NCBI RefSeq assembly: GCF_032191835.1
Contig: NC_083235.1
Coordinates: 18,166,001 to 18,230,000 of the forward strand
Direction: 5' to 3'
From: Heteronotia binoei
Lineage: Eukaryota
DNA: 64,000 bases
The notes beneath the pieces were generated by a model. The model searched no databases. It was not told where the DNA came from and worked only from the letters and a program-made list of their open reading frames with translations. This document shows, piece by piece, positions 46,451 through 59,305 of this stretch. Position 1 is the stretch's first letter. Each line of letters opens with the position of its first letter. The translations under genes were made by a program, and so were the position numbers.

Positions 46451-46783
46451 TCTTCATCAAAATGATGAAGCACCGCATTGGAAACCAGGACGTCCTTCAC
46501 CGCCTGAAAAGCGGCGGCCTGCCGCTTGCCCCACACCCAAGGAGCTTTTTTGTCCAGCAGCCGGTGTAGGGGTTCAGCGATGGCCGCTTTATGGGGTATG
46601 AACATGTGATAGAAATTGAGCATCCCCAAGAAGCTCTGTAGCTCCGCTTTGCAGGTGGGAGCTGGGGCGTGCACGATAGCCCGGGTTTTTTCCTCGGTCG
46701 GGTGGATTCCCTCAGTGTCCACTGCGAATCCCAGGAACTCCACCTGCGGTACTCCCAGCAAGCATTTCTCCCGCTTCACCTTG

Positions 46784-49057
46784 TGTTTTAAACAATTTAT
46801 TGGTAGCATATGGTTACAAAGCTTATCTATTTCTTAATTTTTTCTTTTTTTTTCACATTAACCCATATGACATTTCCATCCCCCCTCCCTCCAATGTTGA
46901 CTTCCCCGAGGTTATAAGTTCAAATCCATACTAAAGGCACTTCTGATTGCTCAAAGTTCCGTATATATATTCTTACAACTAAAAAAATGTCCAATATTTC
47001 TTTACTTTCCAAGTTTTCTCCATATATCCTTTAAATTTTCTCCACTCCCTTTTGAATATCTCTAAATCATAGTCTCTTAGTGTTCTGGTTAATTTGTCCA
47101 TTTCACACCACGATAAAACTTTCATGGTCCATTCCCATTTCTCTGGTATTTTTTCTTGCTTCCAAAGCTGCGCGTACAAAGTCCTAGCAGCTGATAACAG
47201 GTACCAAATTAAAGTCCTGTCTTCTTTTGGGTATTTTTCTAATTGTAATCCAAGTAAAAACGTCTCTGCAATTTTCTTAAAATCATAGCCAAAAATTTTG
47301 GTGATTTCTTGTTGTATCATCTTCCAGAATTCTTTCGCTCTTTCACATGTCCACCACATATGGAAGAAAGAACCTTCATGTTTTTTACATTTCCAACATC
47401 TATCCGACATTTTCTTACTTATCTTAGCCAATTTTTTCGGAGTCATATACCACCTATACATCATTTTAAAACAGTTCTCCTTAATGCTTTGACAAGTTGA
47501 TATCTTCATTGAGTTCTTCCAGAGGTGCTCCCATGTTTCCATTTGTATTTCTCTATTCACATTAATTGCCCATTTGACCATTTGAGACTTTACTACTTCT
47601 TCTTCTGTAGACCATTTCAATAATAACTTATATACGGTACTTTTGATATCAATTTTTCATTGTCACCTAACAGGACTCTTTCCAGTTCTGTTTGTTCTCG
47701 TCTAATCCCCTCTGATTTTATGTCATTTTCCATCAAACTTTTAATTTGTTGCATTTGAAACCAATCATAATTGTTATTTAGCTCTTCTGAGGTTTTTAAT
47801 TCAATTTTGTCTCCTTGAATCTTAAGCAGTTGGTTATATGACATTTCTCTTTTTTCTTCAGAATCAGCTGTTATTTTTATTACTTCTGCTGGCACTATCC
47901 ATAATGGTTTTCTCTCGTCCCCGTATTTCTTGTATTTTATCCAAGTATTTAGTAATGTATTTCTGACATAGTGGTGAGAGAAAAAACCATCCATTTTATT
48001 CTTCCCATAGTACATGTATGCATGCCAGCCGAATCTATTTCCGTGAGCTTCTAACCACAAAGGTTTTTTATCTAACAGCATTATCCAATCTTTTATCCAT
48101 GTCAAACAAACTGCATCGTGGTATAGTCTTAGATCGGGAAGTTGAAAACCTCCTCTCTCTTTGGCATCCGTTAAGATCTTCATCTTTATCCTTGGTTTCT
48201 TTCCGGCCCAAATGAAATCAGAGATTTTCCTTTGCCATTTGTTGAATTGTTTTGCTTCTTTTACAATCGGGATGGTTTGAAACAAATACATTATCCTTGG
48301 CAAAATATTCATTTTGATTGCAGCTATCCTGCCCAGTAAGGACAAGTTGAGTTTATTCCATTTCATCAAATCTTTGTCCATCTTACACCACAGTTTTTCA
48401 TAATTGTTTTTGTATAAATCAATGTTCTTCATTGTTATCTCTATTCCAAGGTACCTAACTTTGGTTGTGACTTCACAACCTGTCACCTTTTGTAGTTCGT
48501 TTGTTTTATTTGGTTGCATGTTTTTACAGAGGAATTTCGATTTCTCCTTATTTATGTATAATCCTGCTAGTTCTCCGTATTCTTTTATCTTAGCTAACAG
48601 CAGTGGTGACACTTGAACCGGATTCTCCATTATGAACACTATATCATCTGCAAAAGCTTTATATTTATAAGAGAATCTTCTAATTTTTAGACCTTCTATT
48701 TTTTCATCTTTTTGAATTTGTTGTAACAAAATTTCAAGAGTCATTATAAACAACAATGGTGATAGCGGGCATCCTTGCCTTGTTCCTTTACTCACTTTCA
48801 ATTCTTTGGTAAGGTCTGCATTTATACACAATTTTGCATGCTGATCTGTATATATTGCTCTTGTCATTTTTATAAATTGTTCCCCTAAATTAATTTTTTC
48901 CATTACCGCAAACATAAAGTCCCAATTTAAGTTGTCGAAGGCTTTCTCTGCGTCAACAAAAAATAAGGCCACTTCTTTTTCCGGGTGCTTTTCATAGTAT
49001 TCCACAACATTAATAACAGCTCTTACATTGTCCCTTATTTGTCTTTTAGGAAGAAAT
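46784..49057 (-). mobile_element. 5'-truncated L1/Tx1-clade LINE inserted in the Mag RT
   Basis: 14-bp TSD CCCGCTTCACCTTG (46770-46783, 49058-49071); VDAEKAFD, GTRQGCPLSP, FADD motifs. Confidence 0.93.
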
Positions 49058-50989
49058 CCCGCTTCACCTTGAGTCCTGCTGCTTGAAAACGACGGAGCAC
49101 TTCTCTGAGGCGGTTGCTGAACTCCTCAGGGTCCGGGGTGGCGATTAGAACGTCATCGAAAAAAGGTTGGACTCCGGGGATCCCTTTGAGGAGAGCATCC
49201 ATTATACTTTGGAAAATCCCCGGAGCCACGCTGACCCCAAATTGTAGCCTACGCACCCTGAAAGCCCCCCTGTGGGTCACAATAGTCTGGGCCTCGGCTG
49301 TTTTGGCATCCACCGGGAGGTGTTGGTAGGCTTGTGCCAGGTCCAGCTTCCCAAAAATCTTTGATACCGCCAGGGCCGCCAATACGTGGCTGACCACCGG
49401 CACTGGGTAGGGGTTATCCTGGAGCACCTTATTTATTGTGCACTTGTAGTCTGCATATATCCGCACCTCCCCATTTAGTTTGAACGGGGTTACTATGGGG
49501 GTTTCCCACATGGCATAATCGACCGGCTCCAGGACTCCTTGTGCCGTAAGGCGGTCCAGTTCTGACTCTATTTTGGGCTTTAAAGCGAAGGGGACCCTCC
49601 TCGCCTTGAGCCGGATCGGCCTGACTGCCGGGTCGAGCGGTAGGGAGATGGCCGGCCCTTTATAGCTACCCAGAGACCCGTCAAATACGTTGGGAAACTC
49701 TCGGCACACCTCACCGAACCCTCCGGCTGAGACGGTTTGCGCCACCCCCTCTATACGGATTCCCAAGGGGCCGAACCACGCAAGTCCCAACAGGGTGGTA
49801 AGCGGCCGCTTGACCACCAGGATGTCCAGCGGGCCTGAAAGATCCCCGCTCTACTTGTACCCTGGCCCACCCCGCAATTTGTACCGGGTTCTTCTGAAAG
49901 TCCCGTAATATGAAATCTGCCGATCGCAGCTGCACCCGCCAGCGGGGGCACAGCTTCCTCAGGGTCTCCTCCGCGATTATGGAAATGGAGGAGCCTGAGT
50001 CCACCTCCATGAGGCATGGGGCTCCCTCGATGAGGACCGCCATTTTGATCTTGTTGGGGGTGGTCAGGGGCAAGTTCAGTACCTGTAGTGTGGTGGAGGC
50101 TGTGGAGTGGGACTCGGCGGCCTCGTAGTGCGTGGTCGATCTCCGGCGGTTGGTCTTGGCTCGGCAAGCCCACGCTATGTGGCCGGTCTTCCCACAGCTT
50201 CTGCAGTCCCAGGTCCTGTACTGGCAGTCCCTTCTGTCGTGGGGGTCGCCGCAGCTGGCGGGCGGCCTCTCTGTCGTTCGGGGACGCTGTGGAGCTCGGT
50301 TGGTTGGCCTTGCTGGGCGGCGCAGCTGGAACGCTTCTCCCTCCTCCAGGCGGTCGGGGTCCAGCTCCTCGTGGATGGCCTCGGTCTTTGCCTTGGGGAA
50401 GGTCCGGGTGGTCCTCTCGAACGTCACAGCTTCGCTGAAAGCGCTCTGGAGGGTGAGCTCTTCCCTCGCGAAGAGCTTCTGCTGGAGCCTCTCGTCGCTT
50501 AGGCCCCAGGCGAACCGGTCCGCCAGGGTCTCTTCCAGGTTCGGGAAGTTGCAGTTGCCTGTGATCTGTCGCAGGGCCGCCAGGTAGTCGGCGGCTGATT
50601 CTCCCTGGGCCTGGTCCCTCTTGTGGAAGAGGAACCGGCGGGCCACCCGCGACGGCTGTGGCAGGAAGTGGCCCATGAGGAGCCTGACGACCTCCTCGTA
50701 GGACTTCTCGGTGAGTCTGGCGGGGGCCGAGAGACCCTTAGCGATCTCGGCGCTAAGGATGCAGACGCTCAGGAGAACGTCCCTCTTCATGCTGTCCTCG
50801 GTTATGCAATTCGCCCTCAGGTAGCAATCAACCCGTTCCGAGTAGGACTCCCATCCTTCAGGATTCAAAGGGTTGAACGCTTCAATGTGACCGGTGGTCC
50901 CGCTCTGGCTGGCCATGGTGGCAGTAGCGGCGGTCGTAGCTATCAGTTGCCCGTGAGTCTCCTGTGTAGCCCTGTTGTTTTCTGGGCTA

Positions 50990-51009
50990 GAATCCCACCT
51001 TCGTCGCCA
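50990..51009 (-). promoter_or_regulatory. tRNA-Ser(GCU) primer-binding site of the Mag element
   Basis: Plus strand GAATCCCACCTTCGTCGCCA matches the 3' end plus CCA of vertebrate tRNA-Ser(GCU) as recalled; lies directly inside the LTR. Confidence 0.75.
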
Positions 51010-53216
51010 CTATAATGTACCAGAACCGGAGACGAGCGTAGGGCAACATACTTTATTGCAGGTACATTATATGGTAGAGAACTGAGAACATGCGGGCCGG
51101 GTCCCGCTTATATACAACACCCGGAACAACCTCTCGGTCTGGCCAGCCCAATCCAGGCTGTTTGAGCTTCCCGCCCTAGTGGGTGATTGGTTGGCGTTTG
51201 CGCGCTCTGCAGTGCCACTTAGGGACAGCCCCTGTCCCACCCGCACCTGGCCGCGCGCGGCGGAGTTCCGCCATTGCGTTATTGCGTTATGTCGGCCTCG
51301 CAATACACTACACAAGGTATTTCTCCACAAAGACTACTGATAAACCACTAGAAAGCAGAGTTAATTAAGAAGCAATTCTGGTTGTAGATGGCTGAAATAA
51401 ATGCCTGGATATACTGGAGTATTCCACAGAGTGTCCAGCTATAAGGAGGTTCATTTCTTGAAAGAAGTCATTCAGATATTCCTATTCAGAATATTTTGAA
51501 AAGTCAGAATTTTCAAAAAAGGAAACACATTTTCTATCAGCCATTATATTGGCCTCTGTGGATAGATATTACAGAGGGATTAATTAATTTAATGATTGCC
51601 AAGGCTGAGAAAAAGAATAGATAGCCAGCTCAAGGATGACTCAGCCTTCCATCCTTCCGAGGTTGATAAAATGAGTACCCAGTTTGCTGGGGTTCAAGTG
51701 TAGATGACTGGGGAAGGCAATGGCAAACCACCCCATAACAGAAAGTCTGCCAAGAAAACGTCATGATGTGATATCATCCTATGGGTCAGTGACAGCTTGG
51801 TGCTTGCACCTTTACCTTTTTTTGTAATGCCTCACAAAGGATTGAACATCCAGATCTTCTGTTAGAAGTATTATCTGCCTTTGGCTTTTGAAGCCTCTAC
51901 AGTTAGTTCAGGCAAGTATAGGAACAGGTCTGTCAACCCAAACATCCCCGGCCAGCTGCCGTGAAGAATGCTGCCCACTGTGGAAGGAAGACAACTGAAA
52001 CTGCTGTTCATTTTAACTGGTGAAGACAGAATTTAATACCATTGGATGAAGTATTCCACTCAAGATGGAAAATGTACTGTAAGGAAGGTAAGTTTTATTT
52101 TGTTTATTGACTTGAACTCAAGGAGGATTGCACAAAGTGAGTAAATACAGTTGACAGGATGGGACATTCCATAAACAATGCAATAGGAATTAGGGCTTTA
52201 GAACCAAACAGAAGTCTAAGAACAGAACTGAAGCAAAGCCTAAGTATTAACTTGACAGAGTAAATGATGGAAACATTATGTAGTAGGATCCTAGGTTCGG
52301 CAAGCTATATTCAGTACCACATAGACAACAGTCCCTAGTAATTGATCCTAGTAACTTTGGTTTCTTCAAACAAGCAGGGTTTCCAGAGCCCTAATCAAAT
52401 CTGTTGCCCACCAATGAACATGAAATGTATTCCTCTTTGACTTGTGAGTATAAAGAAAGAAACAGGAATATAGTGCATGTGTAGATCCAGGTGGGCAGCT
52501 GTGTTGGTCTGAAGCAGTAGAACAAATTTTGAGTCCAGTGGCACAAATGAAGACAAATGGTCTTAAAGGTGCCACTGGCCTCAAAATTTGTTGTAGTCAG
52601 GGCTTTTTTTCTGTTGGAGCCCACAGGAGTGGAGCTCCACTTGGGCTGGCCAAGGCTCCAGCTGGCCCAACCCACCATGTGGCAGCCACATGCCCTCAGA
52701 CTAGGCAGTGTGGCCTAATCTAAAAGAAAACAAGCACTGGTTATAGTCCATGTGTATGCTTGTTTATTTTATTATTCAATCACACAAAAATGCACATAAC
52801 TATGCATGAACAAAACATAACAAGGGAAAGAAAAGGCAAATACGAAAGAAACTTTAAAAATTTTTGAAGGGAAAAAGAAAGAAAAGAATGTCCACACACA
52901 AATATTTACAAATGTTCATAAATATGGTATATATTTTGTTCTGCAGTTTTTACACGATACTTTACCTGCTTTATTTATTAAAACATGTCTTCTGTAAATT
53001 CCTAGCATTAAATTTGGGGGGGGGGGGGGGTGGATAAAGAGTTGCTCAGTTTTAGCAGGCAAAAGATATATACACAGAATGTATACCATTTTGGGTCCAA
53101 ACATTAAATGAAAACAAAAAAAAGCTTCAAGCCAACTTTAAAAAAATTTGTCTTGCCCCTGTATCTTTAGAGGAGCTCTTAGGAAGTACAACTCTTCCTG
53201 CCACTTGTTCTGGATG

Positions 53217-53549
53217 CAGAGCCGGATTAACAATTAGGCCAAGTAGGCACTGGCTGATCCAACATGGCTTCTCTTATGTTCTTATGCTTGCAGCCCTCCC
53301 AGCCTGCATGCGCAGCGAGCAACTGAGCCGTTCTTTGCCCGACTTGCCTGGTGCGGTTGCTGCTAGTGTTGTCACCAAATTTGCCTCTCTCTGCCTCTCC
53401 CCTGCAACTTAGTACAAGGGGCTTTTAAGAAGGTGCCTGCAGGCTGCAGTGGGGGCCATGGGCGGGTGCTCAGACTCTGAGATAATTTACAAGGGGACCC
53501 CCAAGATTTCAACTGCCTAGGGGCCTTCACAGGGTTTAATCTGGCACTG
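53217..53549. mobile_element. hAT-type non-autonomous element
   Basis: TIRs CAGAGCCGGATTAA / TTAATCTGGCACTG; 8-bp TSD TCTGGATG (53209-53216, 53550-53557). Confidence 0.82.
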
Positions 53550-54352
53550 TCTGGATGACTCAGGTTAAGCTTGTTTCAGATACAGGAATGCTCTTAAGAA
53601 GCCCTAGGCATGTAGTTGCCTTTCATGTATCAGATCATGTAACTTCTGGCCAGAGGTACATGTCAGTAAATGTCAGAAGTTACATGACAATACATGCCAG
53701 AGGTATATGTCTAGCAAATATTCCTCTATATTTCTGTAAATATCTGTGGCCCATTCAGATTACAATAATGTAATACAGTAGTTAATGGGATGCAAAGCAC
53801 AGATATGACCTACATTCAAACCTGAAATTTTACTTCCTCATTGGGTTGTTGTGAGAATAAACTGAAGGAAGAGAAAACTATGTGCACTACCTAGGGCTTT
53901 TTTTTTTTTTTTTTGCAGAAAGAGTCCAGCAGGAACTCATTTGCTTATTAGGTCACACTCCCTGACATCACCATTGTTTCACACAGGGCTTTTTTGTAGA
54001 AAACCCCCAGTAGGGGACTCATTTGCATATTAGGCCACACCCCCAACACCAAGCAACTGCTTTCCTGTGCGTTCCTGCTCAAAAAAAGCCCTGGTGCTAC
54101 CCTAAACTTCTTGGAGGAAGCGAGGTCTACAAATATATTTGATAGACAGGTCTCAATGGCAACTTATTTTCTAAGAGAAGTCACTGATGTTCCAGAAACT
54201 GACTTCATTTTCCTTTGGATTAAATCACTGATCTTGTAAGATACTTTGGGGCAGTATCCCAACCATGTTACAGTGATAGAGAGAATAACTAAAATATATC
54301 CAAGATCTGCTAGCCCCTAAGTTGTGTGTTTCTCTTTCTTCCACAAAAGAAA

Positions 54353-55309
54353 ATGGCAAAGCTCGATGTGTGGGATAGCAATGCCACCATGGTGACTGAG
54401 TTCACCTTGCTTGGGATTTCTGATGACCGCAGGACCCAGATGGTGTTGCTTGTGGTATTCTCTCTATTCTACCTTGCTACACTGTTTGGTAATAGCTTTC
54501 TCATTGTACTGATCATATTGAGCCCTCTTCTTCACACACCAATGTACTTCTTCCTCTGCAACCTCTCCTTCTTGGACATGTTCTACACTACCAGCAGCAT
54601 CCCACAGTTACTGGTCAACTGCTTCTTCCACCGACTCACCATATCCTATATCCAATGCATAACTGAGATGTACGTCAGTCTCTTTCTTGGCATGGCAGAA
54701 TGTTTCTTGCTGGCTGTCATGGCGTATGACCGCTTTGCCGCTGTGTGTAGCCCTTTGCGTTACACCATCATCATGAGTTGGAAGGCATGTATCCATTTGG
54801 CGGCCTCGTCTTGGGCTGGTGCCTTTTTCATGACGCTAATCCCCAGGCTATTTCAACCCACTCAGTTTTGTGGACACAACATCATCAACCACTTCATTTG
54901 TGAGCTGCAGGCGTTCCTCAAGCTGGCTTGCTCAGACACACGTGTGATTGAGGCTGTGGTCATGATCAACAGCCTTATTGTCCTTGTTGTGCCCTTCAGT
55001 TTCATCTTGGTGACCTATGGGCGCATTGCCCAGGCTGTGATGCGCATGCACTCAGCCAAGGGACGAGGCAAGGCTTTTTCAACCTGTGGGTCCCATCTGG
55101 TGGTGGTCAGCATCTTCTATGGATCAGCCCTCTCCATGTACTTGCGGCCTCAAGGCAAAACCATCTCTGACCTTGACAAAATTGTCTCCCTGTTTTATGG
55201 AGCGGTGACCCCAATGCTCAACCCTTTGATTTACAGCTTTAGAAATAAAGATGTGAAAGGAGCCTTTTGGCGACTACTTGGGAAGAAAATGAAGACTTTG
55301 CCCTCCTAA
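54353..55309 (+). CDS. Olfactory receptor OR-3, 318 aa, intact (OR-2 subfamily)
   Basis: LHTPMYFFLCNLS, MAYDRFAAVCSPLRY, KAFSTCGSHL, PMLNPLIYSFRN. A pyrimidine tract and AG precede ATG 54353; start may alternatively be a later Met. Confidence 0.94.
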   Translation: MAKLDVWDSNATMVTEFTLLGISDDRRTQMVLLVVFSLFYLATLFGNSFLIVLIILSPLLHTPMYFFLCNLSFLDMFYTTSSIPQLLVNCFFHRLTISYIQCITEMYVSLFLGMAECFLLAVMAYDRFAAVCSPLRYTIIMSWKACIHLAASSWAGAFFMTLIPRLFQPTQFCGHNIINHFICELQAFLKLACSDTRVIEAVVMINSLIVLVVPFSFILVTYGRIAQAVMRMHSAKGRGKAFSTCGSHLVVVSIFYGSALSMYLRPQGKTISDLDKIVSLFYGAVTPMLNPLIYSFRNKDVKGAFWRLLGKKMKTLPS

Positions 55310-56518
55310 CTGTACCTCCACATATAAGATGAAACAGAAGACAAGCAATGGCCACAGAGGCTCAACATCTAAACAACTGCCAAATGTATCTGAGCGAGAG
55401 AATTCTCCTAACCCTTTCCCGGCCAGATCCTCTGGCATGCAGAGTTACAATATCCAACAAATATGCTCTAGATACAACCCTGGGAAAAATCTGTCCAGAA
55501 ATCACCTAATGTAAAGCCTTATTTACCTATGAGTTTGTGTACTATTTTATGACTCACAATTCAGAAAACCCTTTGTAGAGGAGGGGGACTAATAGCTATT
55601 GGTGGGGCCAGGGGATATCAACAAATCTTTGGGTTGACTTTTTATTGTAAGTATGGTGTTGTTCAATGCAGGGTAAATTGTGAAATATTCATAGTAGCTA
55701 AAGGATCAGAGAGAGGGTTGCAGAAGCAGAGAACCCACACACATGAACACAGTTACTGCAAAGCGGTTTACTCTACTGGTATCAAATTTTTAAAAATTGA
55801 GAGTAATTGGGCAGTGGATCAGATGGTTGTCTGTCAGGAACTCAACTTTTCATCCTAAAAACAAAATTTAAACAAAACCAACAACATTATTGTCTATATG
55901 GCTGTCATGATCAGGGGGCCCCAGGTCAGTGGAGGAAGGGGTCAGGGGGCTCCAGGACATGGTTTCTCTTGGTGCAAACAGCATCACCTCAGACTTCAAG
56001 TGAAGGGAGATTTAACCGCCTGCTTCCCTGTTGTTCACACCCTTGCTCCTTTCTCTCTCTGAGTATGCCTTTCAAGTGGAGTTTCAGGCTTTTCCTCCCC
56101 AGCAGGTGCATTTCAGTTGAGTTAAATCCCCAACCCACACCCACCTCCCCCTTCCTCAACCAATCCCCAGACAACATCTGACCAAGGGGAGGGACAGACA
56201 GGAGCCATCTCAACTGTATGAGGGTTGTGTAGACTCCACTCCACTCCGATATTCTCTCAGCATTTGGTAGGTGTTCATCCTTGAGGCAGTTGGGTCTCAA
56301 ACCCGGCAGTGGCTTCTCTCCCAGGTCACAACGTTAGGTAGCCCAAAAGGCAGAATGCAAGGAGGATGGTTCCCTGGAGGAGTTGTAAGTGCTGGCGGGT
56401 TGTTGCATATTTGCAACAGGGGGAGGGGTTGAGGCCGGGGGCTGGTCCAGGGATGTGGCCCCCAGACAATGGCATGACACACCTCACACATTTGGTACAT
56501 GCAATAAATATAAAACTA

Positions 56519-56670
56519 TGCCCAGGCAAGCCCGATCTCATCAGATCTCAGAAGCTAAACAGGGTTGACTCTGCCAAGTACTTGGAAGGGAGACCTCCGA
56601 GGAATAGCAGAGCCCAGACACAGAAGTAGGCAATAGCAAGCCTCCTCTCTGAAACGTCCAAGTCTCATTA
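56519..56670 (+). mobile_element. 5S-derived SINE head
   Basis: GCCCGATCTCATCAGATCTCAGAAGCTAAACAGGG..AGTACTTGGAAGGGAGACC resembles 5S rRNA. Confidence 0.7.
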
Positions 56671-56671
56671 G

Positions 56672-56753
56672 ACATAAGAATATAAGAGAAGCCATGTTGG
56701 ATCAGGCCAATGGCCCATCCAGTCCAACACTCTGGGTCACACAGTGGCCAAAA

Positions 56754-56802
<49 letters not shown>

Positions 56803-57200
56803 TTGGGCACTGTGTACACACACACACACACACATATACATATGTACACACACTAGCTAATAGTCACTGATGGACCTCTGCTCCATATTTTTATCTAACC
56901 CCCTCTTGAAGCTGGCTATGCTTGTAGCCGCCGCCACCTCCTGTGGCAGTGAATTCCACATATTAATCACCCTTTGGGTGAAGAAGTACTTCCTTTTATC
57001 CGTTCTAACCCGACTGCACAGCAATTTCATCGAATGCCCACGAGTTCTTGTATTGTGAGAAAGGGAGAAAAGTACTTCTATCTCTGCTTTCTCCATCCCA
57101 TGCATAATCTTGTAAACCTCTATCATGTCACCTCGCAGTCAACGTTTCTCCAAAGTAAAGAGCGCCAAGCATTTTAACCTTCTTCATAGGGAAAGTGTTC
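56672..57200 (-). mobile_element. CR1 3' fragment with internal (TA)n(CA)n
   Basis: MIEVYKIMHGMEK..FFTQRVINMWNSLP; ACATAAGA tail. Confidence 0.9.
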
Positions 57201-57202
57201 CA

Positions 57203-57878
57203 AATGTATATGGGTGAAAAACAGGGCAACTTTATTGAACGAACAAGACATGGGGCAACCTAAACTGCCGGACAAGCCAAGGGAAACCCCTTACCCCTCC
57301 AAGTCCGGCTGGCGAGCCACCCAGCCCCCGGCAGTAGCCGCTCAGAACGGCTAATGCCAGGCCGGCAAAGGCCAGGTATACCCTTGACCAGCCAGGCGCC
57401 GACTCCAGCTAACCTGCCAGAGGAGGGAACCCTATAGCGGACATACCAACATCTGGGTTTTAAATTATTGGTCACTTGGCTGGAGTTGGCTAGGGCTTTT
57501 AAAAGCTTCGGTGGGCACCCCTGGCTTACCCCATTTTGGTGGGTAAGTGGCGGGCTGAAACAGCAGCTGGGCTGTACGGCTCTTTGCGGTGAGAGCCTTC
57601 CACACGGTTCCCTCCTCTGTGTGCACTAGTTTGGTTACGGCTGGGCATGGACAGGGAGGGCACCCATGCCAGGCAGGCCCAACGTTAGCCATAGTGAATG
57701 GCTCAGGTTGGGGGCAGGGTGCCTCGCCATTACTGGACAGGGAAGGGTCAGGGATTTCCCTTGGCCTGTCCTGTTAGTTCAGTTTGCCCCATGCCGGTTG
57801 ATGCAAGTTAATAAAGTGGCCCTGTTTATACCCAGATTGTGTTTGTTGTCTCGTTATTCCGGCTGGGGGGGGGGCAAA
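57203..57878. mobile_element. Head-to-head pair of YR-retrotransposon-like 3' termini
   Basis: Both arms carry GGGGGC(A/T)GGGTG(G/C)CTCGCC, TTTCCCTTGGC.TGTCC, TTGCCCCATG and AATAAAG..GCCCTGTTT. Confidence 0.65.
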
Positions 57879-59106
57879 TACTGCTTCTCTTTGTATTTTT
57901 GTTTATGTTTTTCTATCTTGTTTCCCCTTCTTTTTTTTGCTTCTGTAACCCTGCATTTCTTACCCTTTTTATAATCAAACTTAATAAAAAAAAATTTAAA
58001 CAAACTTCCACAAATTTAAGGCAGTTTGTGGGGGTTCATGATGAGCAGAAAATGGCACTAAGCCATTTAAACCTCTGCTTTTTTGCTCTTTACAAAAACA
58101 GGGGTTAAAATTGCAGAAAACCAAGCCATTTACCCTCCAGCTTTCTCCTCCCCACAGAAATGACCCCTAAACAGGACAATTCCAGAACCCCATCCTTGTC
58201 ATGCAAAAGAGAATTTACTTGATATACTTTGCACTTTTTCACTTAAAAAAAAAATCTCATCTTGCAATTTCTTCAGTGAGACCAGTTGCTAATTGAAAAG
58301 ATGTTATCTCCAAGGGTTGGGTGAATCCCAACAAAGAGTAGTGATCATTCAAAAAATGATGCTACTTCTGTCATTGAATCTTAACGTATGGGGATCATTA
58401 AAAAGTTCAGAACATAAATTAATCATGACCTACTGAAGATGGTATTGGACTGGAGAAGTTGAATCAAATGGGGAACTTATACCTCGGATCCTCATGTGAT
58501 GAGTCTTCCTTTGACTGATTTTCATTTGTTGAAGTGATTATTCTTCCTTGAATGACTTCATTTATTGATGCTCACTTATATCAATGATGGTCCATGATGG
58601 TTTTTATATAAATTTTAGATAATTTTTTTCTATGGAATAGATATTGTGTCCTTTGAGGCTATTGTATGGATATCTGACGAATTTATATTGTATTCTAGTA
58701 CTTATTATTTTTGTATTCTGTAATTTTGGAACCTGTATAGACTATTCATGAATACATATTAACAATACTCTAGAAGTAGACTAGAAATATTTAGTGTCTT
58801 ATTACAGTGATATTGTTTTGTTATAACAATAATAATAATTATTATTATTATATTGTTTTGTTAGTTGCTCCTGGGAACTACTTCATGAGCTACTGGAATT
58901 AAAGTGGTGAGTTACTGCATAAATTAGTTTCTTCTGAAGCCATCCTTCCCGAGCAAAGACAAAAATGTGTGAACCGGAAGCTAAAAAACTGTAAGCCAGT
59001 TCATACTAACTCAGCTTAGAGGGAAGACTAAATGAAACCTACATTATTAGGGTTTGTAGAATCTTTCGGGATCAAGTGCCGTGTTCTACTGGAGAAAGTT
59101 TTCCTT

Positions 59107-59147
59107 CCAGATGTTTCGTTCTCAGCTGCGGAGAACATCCTCAGTGG
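59107..59147 (-). ncRNA. Minimal type I hammerhead ribozyme motif (inverted copy)
   Basis: Minus strand CCA-CTGAGGA-T-GTTCTC(CGCAGCT)GAGAAC-GAAA-C-ATC-TGG. Confidence 0.78.
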
Positions 59148-59264
59148 TGTTGCAGCCAGAGCAGGCGCTCAGACCTTCTTGACTGCTGTGCATTGAGCAG
59201 CCAAGAAGGTCTATCTCAATGCACAGCAGCCAAGAAGGTCTGAGCGCCTGCTCCGGCTGCAACG

Positions 59265-59305
59265 CCACTGAGGATGTTCTCCACAGCTGAGAACGAAATG
59301 TCTGG
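59265..59305 (+). ncRNA. Minimal type I hammerhead ribozyme motif
   Basis: CCA-CTGAGGA-T-GTTCTC(CACAGCT)GAGAAC-GAAA-T-GTC-TGG. Confidence 0.8.

Larger units (their letters stand above)
46451..51312 (-). mobile_element. Mag-clade Ty3/Gypsy element, 3'-truncated in RT-RNaseH and interrupted by an L1-clade LINE
   Basis: LTR ~51011-51312 (TGTAG start, TATATAA, AATAAA); gag from ATG 50916 (two CCHC-like knuckles), protease EVDSGS, RT FFDD; continues after the LINE as KVKREKC..VEFLGF..LQSFLG. Confidence 0.9.

Noticed and set aside
46174-46809. 211-aa ORF as a novel gene
   Set aside because: It is a chimera of LINE tail, Mag RT-RNaseH and CR1 ORF1 created by TE junctions, with no promoter or start context.
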